Positions 1 through 8,899 of a stretch of 64,000 nt of DNA are shown here, piece by piece (within the stretch, counting starts at the first letter, position 1; the number at the start of each line of letters is the position of its first letter). Both the position numbers and the translations under genes were made by a program. This DNA is from Pyrinomonadaceae bacterium. GTDB lineage: Bacteria > Acidobacteriota > Blastocatellia > Pyrinomonadales > Pyrinomonadaceae. The notes under the pieces are model-generated. The model saw nothing but the letters and a program-made list of their open reading frames with translations, was not told the origin of the DNA and did not search any database. The stretch spans positions 29,639 to 93,638 of the forward strand of contig JBGASE010000001.1 of NCBI GenBank assembly GCA_044229875.1. Reading direction: 5' to 3'.

Positions 1-1603
1 CTTTTCGGACATATCCAGGCGCGTTCTGGATCGAGGGATTCAGTGCCTCGCCGATCCAAGCTCCCGGCGATCTTCCAAGCTGATTCAGCAATCGGTAAAT
101 ATTGATCTCAAGCCGGGCGTCGAACATTCCTCCGACATGTGACGCGCGAAGCACCTGAAGCGCGTCGAGTTCACGGACTGTACCGGCGCTTTTGAAATCG
201 GAGTAATTTTCGATCGGGTGCGTTGCGAATGATTGCCGGTCGATCCTGATGTTCCGACACCGGACTTGTTCGTCGATTCCTCCGGGCGAAGTGAAATAGT
301 AGACGGGATCGCTGATCGCGACCACCTCAGATGGCTCGATCCCGGCACGCTCCTCAAGTATGCGGACAATCTCGCCCTTTCCGTCGTCCGGCGCGATCGC
401 GCTGATCGGCTCGGTGATATAACCCGAAAAATTTGCGCGATTGAGATTCGGAAAATCCGGATCGGCATTGACGATCGGGCGGGGAAAGTCCTTCTTCGCG
501 AGCACGAACAGCTGCCCCGTTTCGCTTTCGAACCACGGCAGCAACTCGACCGTCCGATTTGGCCTTTCGGCCAGTTCATAGATCGTCCCGGACGCCTTGT
601 GCCGATAAAAATTCAACTTCAGAAACGACGGCGGCAGTTCCGAACCGGCAACTTCGGTAAGCATCACGCCGTCTTCCTTTTCGACCTTTTCGCCAGCGAT
701 CAAATAATTCGTCGGCGGGAAATGAACCGATGCGCCATTGCCGTCGCTGATCGCGAATTTCCCTTCAAAGCGATTGTTGACGATCCAAGGATTCCATAGC
801 GGCATTGAAACGACGATCCGCAGTGATTCCCGCCGGAACGCCGTTTCAAAATCCTGCTGCGAATAGTATGTGTACTCTTCGAGCAGTTCCGGATCCCAGT
901 GATCGCGATAGTCTTTTCTGAGAACAAACTCCGCGGCAAACCTGAGCGTCGTGCTGAACTTCGCACGTCGGGAGTCATTCGTCGGGACTCGTTCGAATGG
1001 AACCCCGGTCGTTAAGTTCTCGCTCGATCGGAAGTTCGCCGCGAAAGGTTCGAAAAGCGCCGCGGACGAGAGTTCAGCAATCGGTCCGGTTTCACTGCCG
1101 TCATCGGTCGGAAGATCGATGGTGACGATCGACTCTCCGTTTTCAGGAATCAAGAAATCGCGAATTATGATGACACCGCCGGATCTCAGCTGGGCGACCT
1201 GATTCCTGAGCGTGCGTTTGATCTGCCGAACGTCGAATCCGTTAAAACTGGTGACGTGATGAAGGACGGACGAATTCAGGATGGCGTCGAGCGATTCGTC
1301 CGGAAAAACGCGGTCGGCGATGTCGCCGACGACGAATTCAAGGTTTCCGGCCCGGTACTTCGAACGTGAATATTCAACCGTGACCGGATTGATATCGACG
1401 CCTGTCAGCTCAAGGTTCGGATAAAGCCGCGCGAGGTCGAACGTTCCGCTTCCGGAACCCGATCCCATGTCGGCGACCCGTCCGCGAGCCGGAAAATGCG
1501 CCGTTGTGAGCGCGATCTTCTGCTGCATCGACGCGTCCATGCCGACGAAGTAGGCCTCATAATCGGCGTCGCCGCCGCGATGCTGGTTTGCGTAATCTCC
1601 CAT
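1..1603 (-). CDS. class I SAM-dependent methyltransferase with a long C-terminal extension (3' end lies outside the window)
   Basis: Minus-strand frame is open from ATG 1601-1603 to the window edge. It is absent from the ORF track because there is no stop in the window. N-terminus MGDYANQHRGGDADYEAYFVGMD...; SAM motif I VADMGSGSGSG; about 530 codons visible. Confidence 0.7.
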   Translation of the reverse strand, partial: MGDYANQHRGGDADYEAYFVGMDASMQQKIALTTAHFPARGRVADMGSGSGSGTFDLARLYPNLELTGVDINPVTVEYSRSKYRAGNLEFVVGDIADRVFPDESLDAILNSSVLHHVTSFNGFDVRQIKRTLRNQVAQLRSGGVIIIRDFLIPENGESIVTIDLPTDDGSETGPIAELSSAALFEPFAANFRSSENLTTGVPFERVPTNDSRRAKFSTTLRFAAEFVLRKDYRDHWDPELLEEYTYYSQQDFETAFRRESLRIVVSMPLWNPWIVNNRFEGKFAISDGNGASVHFPPTNYLIAGEKVEKEDGVMLTEVAGSELPPSFLKLNFYRHKASGTIYELAERPNRTVELLPWFESETGQLFVLAKKDFPRPIVNADPDFPNLNRANFSGYITEPISAIAPDDGKGEIVRILEERAGIEPSEVVAISDPVYYFTSPGGIDEQVRCRNIRIDRQSFATHPIENYSDFKSAGTVRELDALQVLRASHVGGMFDARLEINIYRLLNQLGRSPGAWIGEALNPSIQNAPGYVRK

Positions 1604-1614
1604 AAATAAATGGT

Positions 1615-4287
1615 TCAGAATTTGATCCGGTACTGGAACTTGAGGTTTCTTCCGGCGCCGTCGATTCCCCAGCTCGGTTTGCGGTGAAACTGATCAAAGA
1701 TGTTCTCAAAGCTCCACTGGATCTCCGATTTTTCATCGATCCTGAAACCGCCCCGGGCATTGAACAAGGCGAACGACGGCAGGTATGTGAAGAGCGGGGC
1801 CGAATCGACGCCGACCCCGAGGATGCGGTTCTGAACCTGCAAAATAGACTCACCGGTCGCGAGCAGAACGGTTTCGTCGCCGGAGCCGCAGCGGCCGTCC
1901 GTGTTATTCGTCAATCCGGCGACACATGCGCCGCGTCTGAAAAAGTTCTGTATCTGAGCCCGGGATCGCGTCGCGCCGGTTCGCCGGTCGGCAAGATCCA
2001 AGGAAGAGAGTCGCGTCTGCTTTTGGGCGAAATTCGAATACAACTCGAACCAGATCTTCGCCCGCGGTTCAAATCTCAATCCGAGAAAGCCCTGCGGCGG
2101 GGGCGTTCCACCCTCGATATTCGGCGGCAATCCGGTAGCTTCATCGGCCGCCTTGATGTATGTGTAGTTGCCCTTGAGCTCGATCCGGTCAGTGATCTTG
2201 GTTTCGAATTCGTATTCAAATCCGAACAAACGCGCGGAGGTGAAGTTTGATCGGACAAGAACGGGAGATGTCGACAGAGCAACGAAAACGGTTCCGTTCG
2301 GCCGCTGCGAAATGATCGGCTGATCACCGAGAAATCGCCCGACCGAGCCTTGCGGCAGGATCAATGCTTGTTTCGTGATCGTGTCCTTGAGTTGGAGATA
2401 AAATACAGTGAGATCAGTATCGAATCGCTTGTTCGTGTATCTGAATCCGGCGTCGATCGAGCTTGAATACTCGGACCGTTGCGGCGCAACCGGCAAACCG
2501 GTCGAAACAGCGTTCGCGCCGGCATCGGTCCCGATCGTCCCGCCGAGATTGATAGCCGCTGAGTAATCGACCTCAAACCCGTCGCCGGTAAGTCCGAGCG
2601 TACCGAGGTCGGTCATGCTTGGATAGCGAAATCCGCGGGTAAAATTGAACGCGAGGTTCAGTCCTTTTGCGACGCGTGCGACGGCGCCGAGCCGGCCTGA
2701 AAAATCGGCGACCCTGAGCGAGTCATCGTTCCACAAACGCGTGCCGGAAACGATCGGGCTGTCGGCGCCGCGAACGCGATATGAACCGAGGTTGTATCGC
2801 AGCGCGCCGCTGATCCGGAGCCGATCGGGAATTGCTTCCCACGCGTCTTGAACAAACAGGCCGCCGGTGATGAAACGACCTTCATCGGGAACGCGCGGCC
2901 GCGAAAGCGAAAACACACCGTTCACCGGATTGAAGGTGAACGCGGGAGAATTAATCTTTTCGAAATAATAGTCGCCGCCGAACAAAAAACTGTGACGCGC
3001 CGGCAATTGCTTGTCGACAAAAAAGCTGAAGCCGGTTGCCGACGTCCGCTCATACTGATTCGTGATCGTACCGGCCGGATTTCCCTGACCACCCTGGTTT
3101 ATCCGTTCTTCGCGCTGAGAATTGTAAGAGACCGTGAACGATCCGGTGTCGAAGAAGCCGAGTCCCTGTTTGGCAAAGCGCAGGTAGGCGAAATCCTGCA
3201 TCAGATTCTTAAGGTCGGCGATCAGGTTGCCGTCGCCGCCGAGCATCTGATCGTATCGCTGACCGCCGTCTTGCTGGCCGCGCTGATATTTGAAAATCAG
3301 CGTTGAGTCGGGGCGCGGCGCGTAGTTCAGTCTGAATGTGCCGCCGTATTGTCCGAAGTCGGTTCCTCGCAGCCGTTCTCCAAAAATGTCCGATCGAAGT
3401 CCGAGAAATCGCGTCACTGCCGCGTGCGAATCGATGCCGTCGGCCGTGCGGAGCGTGCCGACACGACGGCCGGACAGGTTCACGGCGCCGCCGAGTCTGT
3501 TCGATCCGAAACTCAGATTCAGCGATCCGAAAAAGCTCCGGTCGGCACTGCCGTAGCCTGACACCGCATCGCCGTTGAACTGGTTCCGGTCGGCCGGGAA
3601 ACCGGGCGCTCGGCTGACAAGATTGACCGTACCGCCGAGCGAATCAGAACCGTATTGGGCGGAGTTTGCGCCGCGAAGAATCTCAACCGATTGGAAATTC
3701 GACGGATCGTTGAGATTGAAGAATGTGCTGATCCCGCCGCGCTGCGCGGAGTTCGTGAATCGAACGCCGTCGATATAAACCGAGACGTTTTTGCCGGTAA
3801 GTCCGCGAACCGCGATCGCGCCGATCGTCGGGCTTGTTCGCTGAAATGAGACGCCGACCTCTTCGTCGGCAACCTGCGCCAGAACGGTCGGCGATTTGCG
3901 GGAAATGCTGTCCGCGCCAACCAGCGTCACGGCTTGAGGAATGTTCTCGCGGCTCTCCGCACGTCCCGTTTCGGCGCTCACTGTGACCCGCGTTTCGTCA
4001 ATCTCAAGAACGATCTCATTTGGACCGCCGTTATCAATCTTGACCGTCGCCGGCGCAAAGCCGGTGTGGCGAACGCTGAGATCGCACCCTGAGCCGACTT
4101 CCGCTAACTGAAATGCACCGTTGGCGTCGGTCACGGTTTCTCGTTTGAAACCGTTCGCACACGACATCGATATGCTCGCACCGGCGATCGCCGCGCCGTT
4201 CTGATCCTTAACGATCCCGTGCAGGACAGGAGTCTGTGCAGTGATCGCGCCGGCGAAAAGTAAACATACGAAGATCAATCGACGCAT
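1615..4287 (-). CDS. TonB-dependent outer membrane receptor with N-terminal carboxypeptidase-regulatory-like domain
   Basis: 890-aa ORF with signal peptide MRRLIFVCLLFAGAITAQ. CarboxypepD_reg-like start (GIVKDQNGAAIAGASISM), plug region (AVRGLTGKNVSVYIDGVRF), and a beta-barrel ending in aromatic ...KFQYRIKF. Confidence 0.9.
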   Translation of the reverse strand: MRRLIFVCLLFAGAITAQTPVLHGIVKDQNGAAIAGASISMSCANGFKRETVTDANGAFQLAEVGSGCDLSVRHTGFAPATVKIDNGGPNEIVLEIDETRVTVSAETGRAESRENIPQAVTLVGADSISRKSPTVLAQVADEEVGVSFQRTSPTIGAIAVRGLTGKNVSVYIDGVRFTNSAQRGGISTFFNLNDPSNFQSVEILRGANSAQYGSDSLGGTVNLVSRAPGFPADRNQFNGDAVSGYGSADRSFFGSLNLSFGSNRLGGAVNLSGRRVGTLRTADGIDSHAAVTRFLGLRSDIFGERLRGTDFGQYGGTFRLNYAPRPDSTLIFKYQRGQQDGGQRYDQMLGGDGNLIADLKNLMQDFAYLRFAKQGLGFFDTGSFTVSYNSQREERINQGGQGNPAGTITNQYERTSATGFSFFVDKQLPARHSFLFGGDYYFEKINSPAFTFNPVNGVFSLSRPRVPDEGRFITGGLFVQDAWEAIPDRLRISGALRYNLGSYRVRGADSPIVSGTRLWNDDSLRVADFSGRLGAVARVAKGLNLAFNFTRGFRYPSMTDLGTLGLTGDGFEVDYSAAINLGGTIGTDAGANAVSTGLPVAPQRSEYSSSIDAGFRYTNKRFDTDLTVFYLQLKDTITKQALILPQGSVGRFLGDQPIISQRPNGTVFVALSTSPVLVRSNFTSARLFGFEYEFETKITDRIELKGNYTYIKAADEATGLPPNIEGGTPPPQGFLGLRFEPRAKIWFELYSNFAQKQTRLSSLDLADRRTGATRSRAQIQNFFRRGACVAGLTNNTDGRCGSGDETVLLATGESILQVQNRILGVGVDSAPLFTYLPSFALFNARGGFRIDEKSEIQWSFENIFDQFHRKPSWGIDGAGRNLKFQYRIKF

Positions 4288-4296
4288 AGGAAAAAT

Positions 4297-5565
4297 TCAC
4301 GCGGCAGGAAGGACACGTCCGCGGCATTCGCCGAAACCAATGCGCCGAAAGCCGGGTTTTTCGCAAAAACCCTTCATGATGATATCGTCGCCGTCCTCGA
4401 GAAAACGCCGCGTTTCGCCGTTCGGCAATTCGATCGGTTCCTTGCCGCGCCACGTCAGTTCGAGCAAACAGCCACGCTCGGATTTGTCGCGCCCGGAAAC
4501 CGTTCCCGTCGCCATCAGATCGCCGCGGCGCAGATTGCAGCCGTTGGATGCGTGATGTGTCAGCATTTGTCCGATCGTCCAATAGAGATCCTTCATGTTC
4601 GATCGCGACAGGCGGAACGGTTCGATATTCTCCATCCGCATCCGTTCCGTTTGAATGTAAACCTCGAGATTGATGTCAAATCCGCCGCGCGTCCGGTTTG
4701 TTTCTCCGTCGAGATACGCGAGCGGTTGCGGATCGCCCGATTCGCGCTCGAACGCGGGAACGCGAAACGGTTCAAGCGCTTCTTTTGTAACAATGAACGG
4801 CGAGATCGTGGTCAGAAAGTTCTTTGCAAGGAACGGCCCGAGCGGCTGATATTCCCAAGACTGGATATCGCGCGCCGACCAATCGTTGACGAGACAAAGT
4901 CCGAAAATATGATCTTCGGCATTTTCAACCGGGATTGAAGAGCCAAGTTCGTTACCTTTCGAAACAAAAAATCCGACTTCCATTTCGTAGTCAAGATTCC
5001 GGCACGGGACAAAGACCGGCGGATTTTCGGCATCGGCACGATTTTGCCCCGACGGCCGCCGGACATCTGCACCGGAGACGACGATCGAAGAAGCCCGGCC
5101 GTGATAGCCGATCGGAATATACTTGTAATTCGGAAGCAGCGGATTGTCGGGGCGAAACATCGCGCCGACGTTCGTCGCGTGAAAGATCGAGCAATAGAAA
5201 TCGGTGTAATCTCCGATCTCAAACGGCAATGCAAATTTCGCGGTCGCGATCGGCGACAGGTAATTGTCGCGAATCAGGTTTTTCACCGAGTCGGACGCCG
5301 CTTCCGAAAGCAACTCTGTCAGGCGTTCGCGAACCTTTGGGTCCGCGGCCAGTTCGAGAGTGACTTTCTCGTTGCTTTCGCGAATAAATGCATCGTAAAA
5401 CGGCTCGAAATCGAGAATGAAATCGCCGATTCCGATCCCGATTTGAAGATCGTTGCCACGATAGAATTTGCAGATCGGTAAATTTTGAAGAGGAAAGTCG
5501 GAGTCGGAACGGTTTGCTGATTCGATCCAACTCAAAAGATTCGGGTCGTGTGTTTTGTTGATCAT
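4297..5565 (-). CDS. fahA: fumarylacetoacetase
   Basis: 422 aa. Matches FAH hallmark stretches (DSDFPLQNLP; IGDYTDFYCSIFHATNVGAMFR; PIGYHGRASSIVVSG). Confidence 0.95.
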   Translation of the reverse strand: MINKTHDPNLLSWIESANRSDSDFPLQNLPICKFYRGNDLQIGIGIGDFILDFEPFYDAFIRESNEKVTLELAADPKVRERLTELLSEAASDSVKNLIRDNYLSPIATAKFALPFEIGDYTDFYCSIFHATNVGAMFRPDNPLLPNYKYIPIGYHGRASSIVVSGADVRRPSGQNRADAENPPVFVPCRNLDYEMEVGFFVSKGNELGSSIPVENAEDHIFGLCLVNDWSARDIQSWEYQPLGPFLAKNFLTTISPFIVTKEALEPFRVPAFERESGDPQPLAYLDGETNRTRGGFDINLEVYIQTERMRMENIEPFRLSRSNMKDLYWTIGQMLTHHASNGCNLRRGDLMATGTVSGRDKSERGCLLELTWRGKEPIELPNGETRRFLEDGDDIIMKGFCEKPGFRRIGFGECRGRVLPAA

Positions 5566-5652
5566 ATCGAAACTCAGTGACCGCGCAGCGAGATTTCTGA
5601 TACGCCTGTTGCGGTGTTGAGTTTCAGTTTATCATGAGGTCGGCCAGCGACA

Positions 5653-5739
5653 TTACTTCTTGCCCTTGCAATTGAGCGGACACTTCTTGCAGGCTTTTTC
5701 TTTCTTGTACTTCTTGCAGCACTTCTTCTTTACCTTCAT
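5653..5739 (-). CDS. 28-aa Lys/Cys-rich micropeptide (MKVKKKCCKKYKKEKACKKCPLNCKGKK)
   Basis: ATG..TAA frame below the ORF-track cutoff. GGAGG at 5744-5748 lies 4 nt upstream of the ATG, and a near-consensus promoter lies upstream. Sits in the gap between fahA and the crtI-like gene. Confidence 0.6.
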   Translation of the reverse strand: MKVKKKCCKKYKKEKACKKCPLNCKGKK

Positions 5740-5773
5740 AAAACCTCCGACATTGAAAGTCGCTTTCAACAAC

Positions 5774-5802
5774 ATATTATTCCAGTCGGTTGTGCGTGTC
5801 AA
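5774..5802 (-). promoter_or_regulatory. sigma70-like promoter TTGACA-17 nt-TAATAT for the micropeptide gene
   Basis: On the minus strand, TTGACA is at 5802-5797 and TAATAT at 5779-5774 with a 17-nt spacer. The -10 element lies about 35 nt upstream of the ATG. Confidence 0.5.
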
Positions 5803-5849
5803 GATAAAAGCCGTTATGAATCGCAAATCGCAGAGCTTATGATGAATGT

Positions 5850-7328
5850 ATGGAAAAGGTGATCGTTGTCGGTGCCGGTCTCGGCGGACTTTCGGCCGCT
5901 TGCCGGCTCGCGTCCGTCGGATTCAAAGTGACCGTCGTTGAAAAGAACGGCTCGGCCGGAGGAAAGGTGGGACTCTTTGAATCCGAAGGCTTCAGATTCG
6001 ATATCGGCGCCTCGCTGATCACGATGATTGACGTGTTTGAAGATCTCTTCGAATTCTGCGGCCGATCGCTTTCCGATTACATCGAAATTGAAAAGCTCGA
6101 TCCGATCTGCCGGTACTTTTGGTCCGACGGTACGATTTTCGACGCATCGTCCGACCTCAGGCTAACGAAACGGCGGATGGCCGGGATCGATCCGGACGAC
6201 GCACGGAGATTCGACGCTTTTCTCGCCGATTCGAAGTCAAAATATGAGGTCGCGTCAAGAACGTTTCTGAAGCACAATCTGAGCGACCTTCCCGAGCTGT
6301 TCAATCTTTCGAATCTGGGCGATCTGTGGAAGATCTCCGCTCTCCGATCGCTCGACAAACATGTCGGAAGTTTCTTCAGATCAAAGAAATTCCGACAGCT
6401 TTTCAACCGCTTCGCGACGTATAACGGATCGTCGCCATACAAGGTCCCGGCGACATTTTCCCTGATTCCGTACGTCGAATTCGGGCTCGGTGCCTGGTAT
6501 TCGCGCGGCGGGATTTACCGGATTCCGGCCGGAATCGAACGTCTGGCGAAAGAACTTGGCGTGAACTTCGTCTTTGACGCTGAGGTTGAGAAAATTATCG
6601 TCCGCGACGGACGGGCTACCGGCGTGAGATTGATGGATGGAGCCGAGCTGGCGTCCGATTTCGTCGTCGCGAATTCGGACGCGATCCACACCTATCGCAA
6701 TCTTGTCGAAAGCCGCGCGTTTCCGCCGAAGCGTCTCGACAAGATCGAGCCGTCGTGTTCCGGATTCGTGCTGCTCATCGGGACAAATCGCAAATATGAA
6801 CAGCTTTCACACCACAACATCTTTTTTTCCGACGACTATCGGGCCGAATTTGACTCGCTTTTCGGTGATTTGAAACCCGCAGGTGATCCGACGATCTATA
6901 TTTGCGCAACCTCGCGAACCGATCCGTCACAAGCACCTGAAGACGGTGAGAATCTCTTTGTTCTGGTCAACGCGCCATATACAAGCGACAGAACCGACTG
7001 GACCGAAACGGCCGAAGCTTATCGGGAATCGATCCTGTCAATACTCGAATCATTCGGTCTTGACGGACTACGAGAATCGATCGTCACGATGAAAACGATA
7101 ACGCCGGATGACTTCGAATCGAATTATCGAGCGAATCGCGGCTCGATTTACGGCGTTTCATCGAACGGCATCTTCTCAGCCTTCGTTCGGCCGCGGAACA
7201 AACCGTCCGATATCGATCGCCTCTATTTCGCCGGCGGCACGACCCATCCCGGCGGCGGAATGCCGCTGGTCCTGATTTCAGGGAAAATGGCGGCTGAACT
7301 CGTCATGCGCGACGCGCTCGGAACCTAG
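5850..7328 (+). CDS. phytoene desaturase family FAD-dependent oxidoreductase (CrtI/CrtD-like)
   Basis: 492 aa. N-terminal dinucleotide-binding fold VIVVGAGLGGLSAACRLASVGFKVTVVEKN, with CrtI-family length and C-terminal GGTTHPGGGMPLV motif. Confidence 0.85.
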   Translation: MEKVIVVGAGLGGLSAACRLASVGFKVTVVEKNGSAGGKVGLFESEGFRFDIGASLITMIDVFEDLFEFCGRSLSDYIEIEKLDPICRYFWSDGTIFDASSDLRLTKRRMAGIDPDDARRFDAFLADSKSKYEVASRTFLKHNLSDLPELFNLSNLGDLWKISALRSLDKHVGSFFRSKKFRQLFNRFATYNGSSPYKVPATFSLIPYVEFGLGAWYSRGGIYRIPAGIERLAKELGVNFVFDAEVEKIIVRDGRATGVRLMDGAELASDFVVANSDAIHTYRNLVESRAFPPKRLDKIEPSCSGFVLLIGTNRKYEQLSHHNIFFSDDYRAEFDSLFGDLKPAGDPTIYICATSRTDPSQAPEDGENLFVLVNAPYTSDRTDWTETAEAYRESILSILESFGLDGLRESIVTMKTITPDDFESNYRANRGSIYGVSSNGIFSAFVRPRNKPSDIDRLYFAGGTTHPGGGMPLVLISGKMAAELVMRDALGT

Positions 7329-8593
7329 TTTCCGTCGCGCCTTGCACCGTAACGTTCGAGCAGTGTACGGATTGATGGCTGCGACGTCAGATCGTATGCC
7401 GTTTCACCGTCGTCATCACGAGTCAGCGCCGACGCACCGGCCAGAAGCAGAACTTCAACAACCTCAAAATTATCGGCGTCGGCGGCTTCCATAAGCGCCG
7501 TCCGTCCAGCGGAGTTGCGCGCGTCAAGTTGTTTCGTTTCGCGAGCCAGCGCCTCGCCGACGGCCGCCGACGCATAACGCGCGCCGAGGATCAAAGCATT
7601 GTTTCCGTTCTGGTCGGTCAGGTTCGGATCGGCACCGAACTTGATCAGGAGCTCGATCAACTCAGGCGTTGCATCTTCATCGATCCGCATCATCGGAGTC
7701 TGTCCGTTTTCATCCCGGGCATTCGCCTTCGCGCCGTATTCAAGAAGCAGTTCAACCGCCTTCGCGCTGCCGTTTTCAACCGCCAGAAACAGAGGTGTGA
7801 TTTCGCCGTAGTTTGAGTCGCGAACGTTGACGTCCGCACCTTCGCCGACGAACTGTTTGATGAGATCCGCGTCGTCATCCGAAACTGCCCGGAACAACGG
7901 ATCCGAATAGTCCGCGAAACCGATGCCGCCCATCACCATCAACTCGACCCGCGGCGGTTCGATAATCAGTTCCGGTCCTTCATTCTCGCCCTCAGCTACC
8001 GTGAATTGCGCTTCCGCTGAGCGATATGAAGTATTTGACGCCGATGCTTTGAATCCGCCAATCGGCACGCCCGCGAATCGATAGCGTCCCTCATCGTCGG
8101 TCAATGCCGTCATCAACCAACTTGCCCCGGCCAAAGTCACTTCTGCGCCATCGACTGCGACACCGTTGGGATCGCGAACCAGCCCACTGACCGTTCCGAT
8201 CGGAGTCTTGGACTTGTTCGGCACATCGGACTTGACCTGAACCGATAGCTGATCGCGAGTACCAGGCGATTCCTGGCCGAGCGCGACCGACGAAAACACG
8301 ATCGAGGCACCGAAGACGCCGGCGGCGATTCGCGATGTCCGCGAGATCCGGTGAAGCTTCGGAGCGAAGACCGGTGATTGCGTGATCATGTCTTTTTTGA
8401 ACCGGACACACAGATTCCCGTTTGAACGCCGGACCAGGCGCATCGCTTCCTTCCGCGTCAGTTCGGAAATATTCGTGACGTCTTTCGCGCAATGCGAGCA
8501 AAAACGAACAACCTCGTTTCCCGTCATCGCGTCCCAATCCTCCTGACACTCCTGTTTGATCGAAATCGGTTTCTGAAAGCTGTTTTTGGACAT
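7325..8593 (-). CDS. membrane-anchored protein with Cys-rich N-terminus, CarboxypepD_reg-like domain and C-terminal ankyrin repeats
   Basis: Start chosen at MSKNSF (AGGAGAAGTT precedes the ATG); the ORF-track start at 8764 is upstream. Contains CSHCAKDV motif, one TM segment, GLVRDPNGVAVDGAEVTL, and repeated TPL..A...G....V..LL..GA ankyrin units. Confidence 0.75.
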   Translation of the reverse strand: MSKNSFQKPISIKQECQEDWDAMTGNEVVRFCSHCAKDVTNISELTRKEAMRLVRRSNGNLCVRFKKDMITQSPVFAPKLHRISRTSRIAAGVFGASIVFSSVALGQESPGTRDQLSVQVKSDVPNKSKTPIGTVSGLVRDPNGVAVDGAEVTLAGASWLMTALTDDEGRYRFAGVPIGGFKASASNTSYRSAEAQFTVAEGENEGPELIIEPPRVELMVMGGIGFADYSDPLFRAVSDDDADLIKQFVGEGADVNVRDSNYGEITPLFLAVENGSAKAVELLLEYGAKANARDENGQTPMMRIDEDATPELIELLIKFGADPNLTDQNGNNALILGARYASAAVGEALARETKQLDARNSAGRTALMEAADADNFEVVEVLLLAGASALTRDDDGETAYDLTSQPSIRTLLERYGARRDGN

Positions 8594-8899
8594 AACTTCT
8601 CCTGAACGCGGGAATCCGAAGGTTCTTGCGCGCCTTGGTAAAACTGCAAAGCCGTTTGTCTGATTTTGATTTTTTTCCGAGCGTTCCGTCGTCGCCCAAT
8701 CGTCTTGACGAGTACAACAACCTTGATGCCTTAACGAATTCAATTGGTTGCAAACCGCGGTCAACTTTTTTGATCCCGGGAGATTCGAATAAGTTCTTTT
8801 TGGAATTGGTTTTTGCTAGACTGTGAACGCTCTCCAATACTCCGATCCCGCACGGCCAAGGGCAAAATGCCGCGGCGGGAATGGTCTGACTCGGGCACG

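Noticed and set aside
5660-5842. A 60-aa plus-strand ORF (MPLQLSGHFLQAFSFLYF...) lies in the fahA/crtI-like gap.
   Set aside because: It is TTG-initiated with no RBS and a Phe/Leu-rich composition that mirrors the antisense Lys codons. The minus-strand 28-aa ORF has the promoter, SD and ATG, so that ORF is preferred.
7325-8764. The ORF track gives longer N-terminal extensions for several genes (7325-8764, 8813-12205, 17500-18873, 19508-20020, 25815-26879, 27905-30016, 37794-38510, 49955-50251).
   Set aside because: The extensions overlap upstream genes or intergenic promoters, lack RBS support, and precede obvious signal peptides or conserved N-termini. Internal starts were chosen instead, and the uncertainty is noted in the feature entries.
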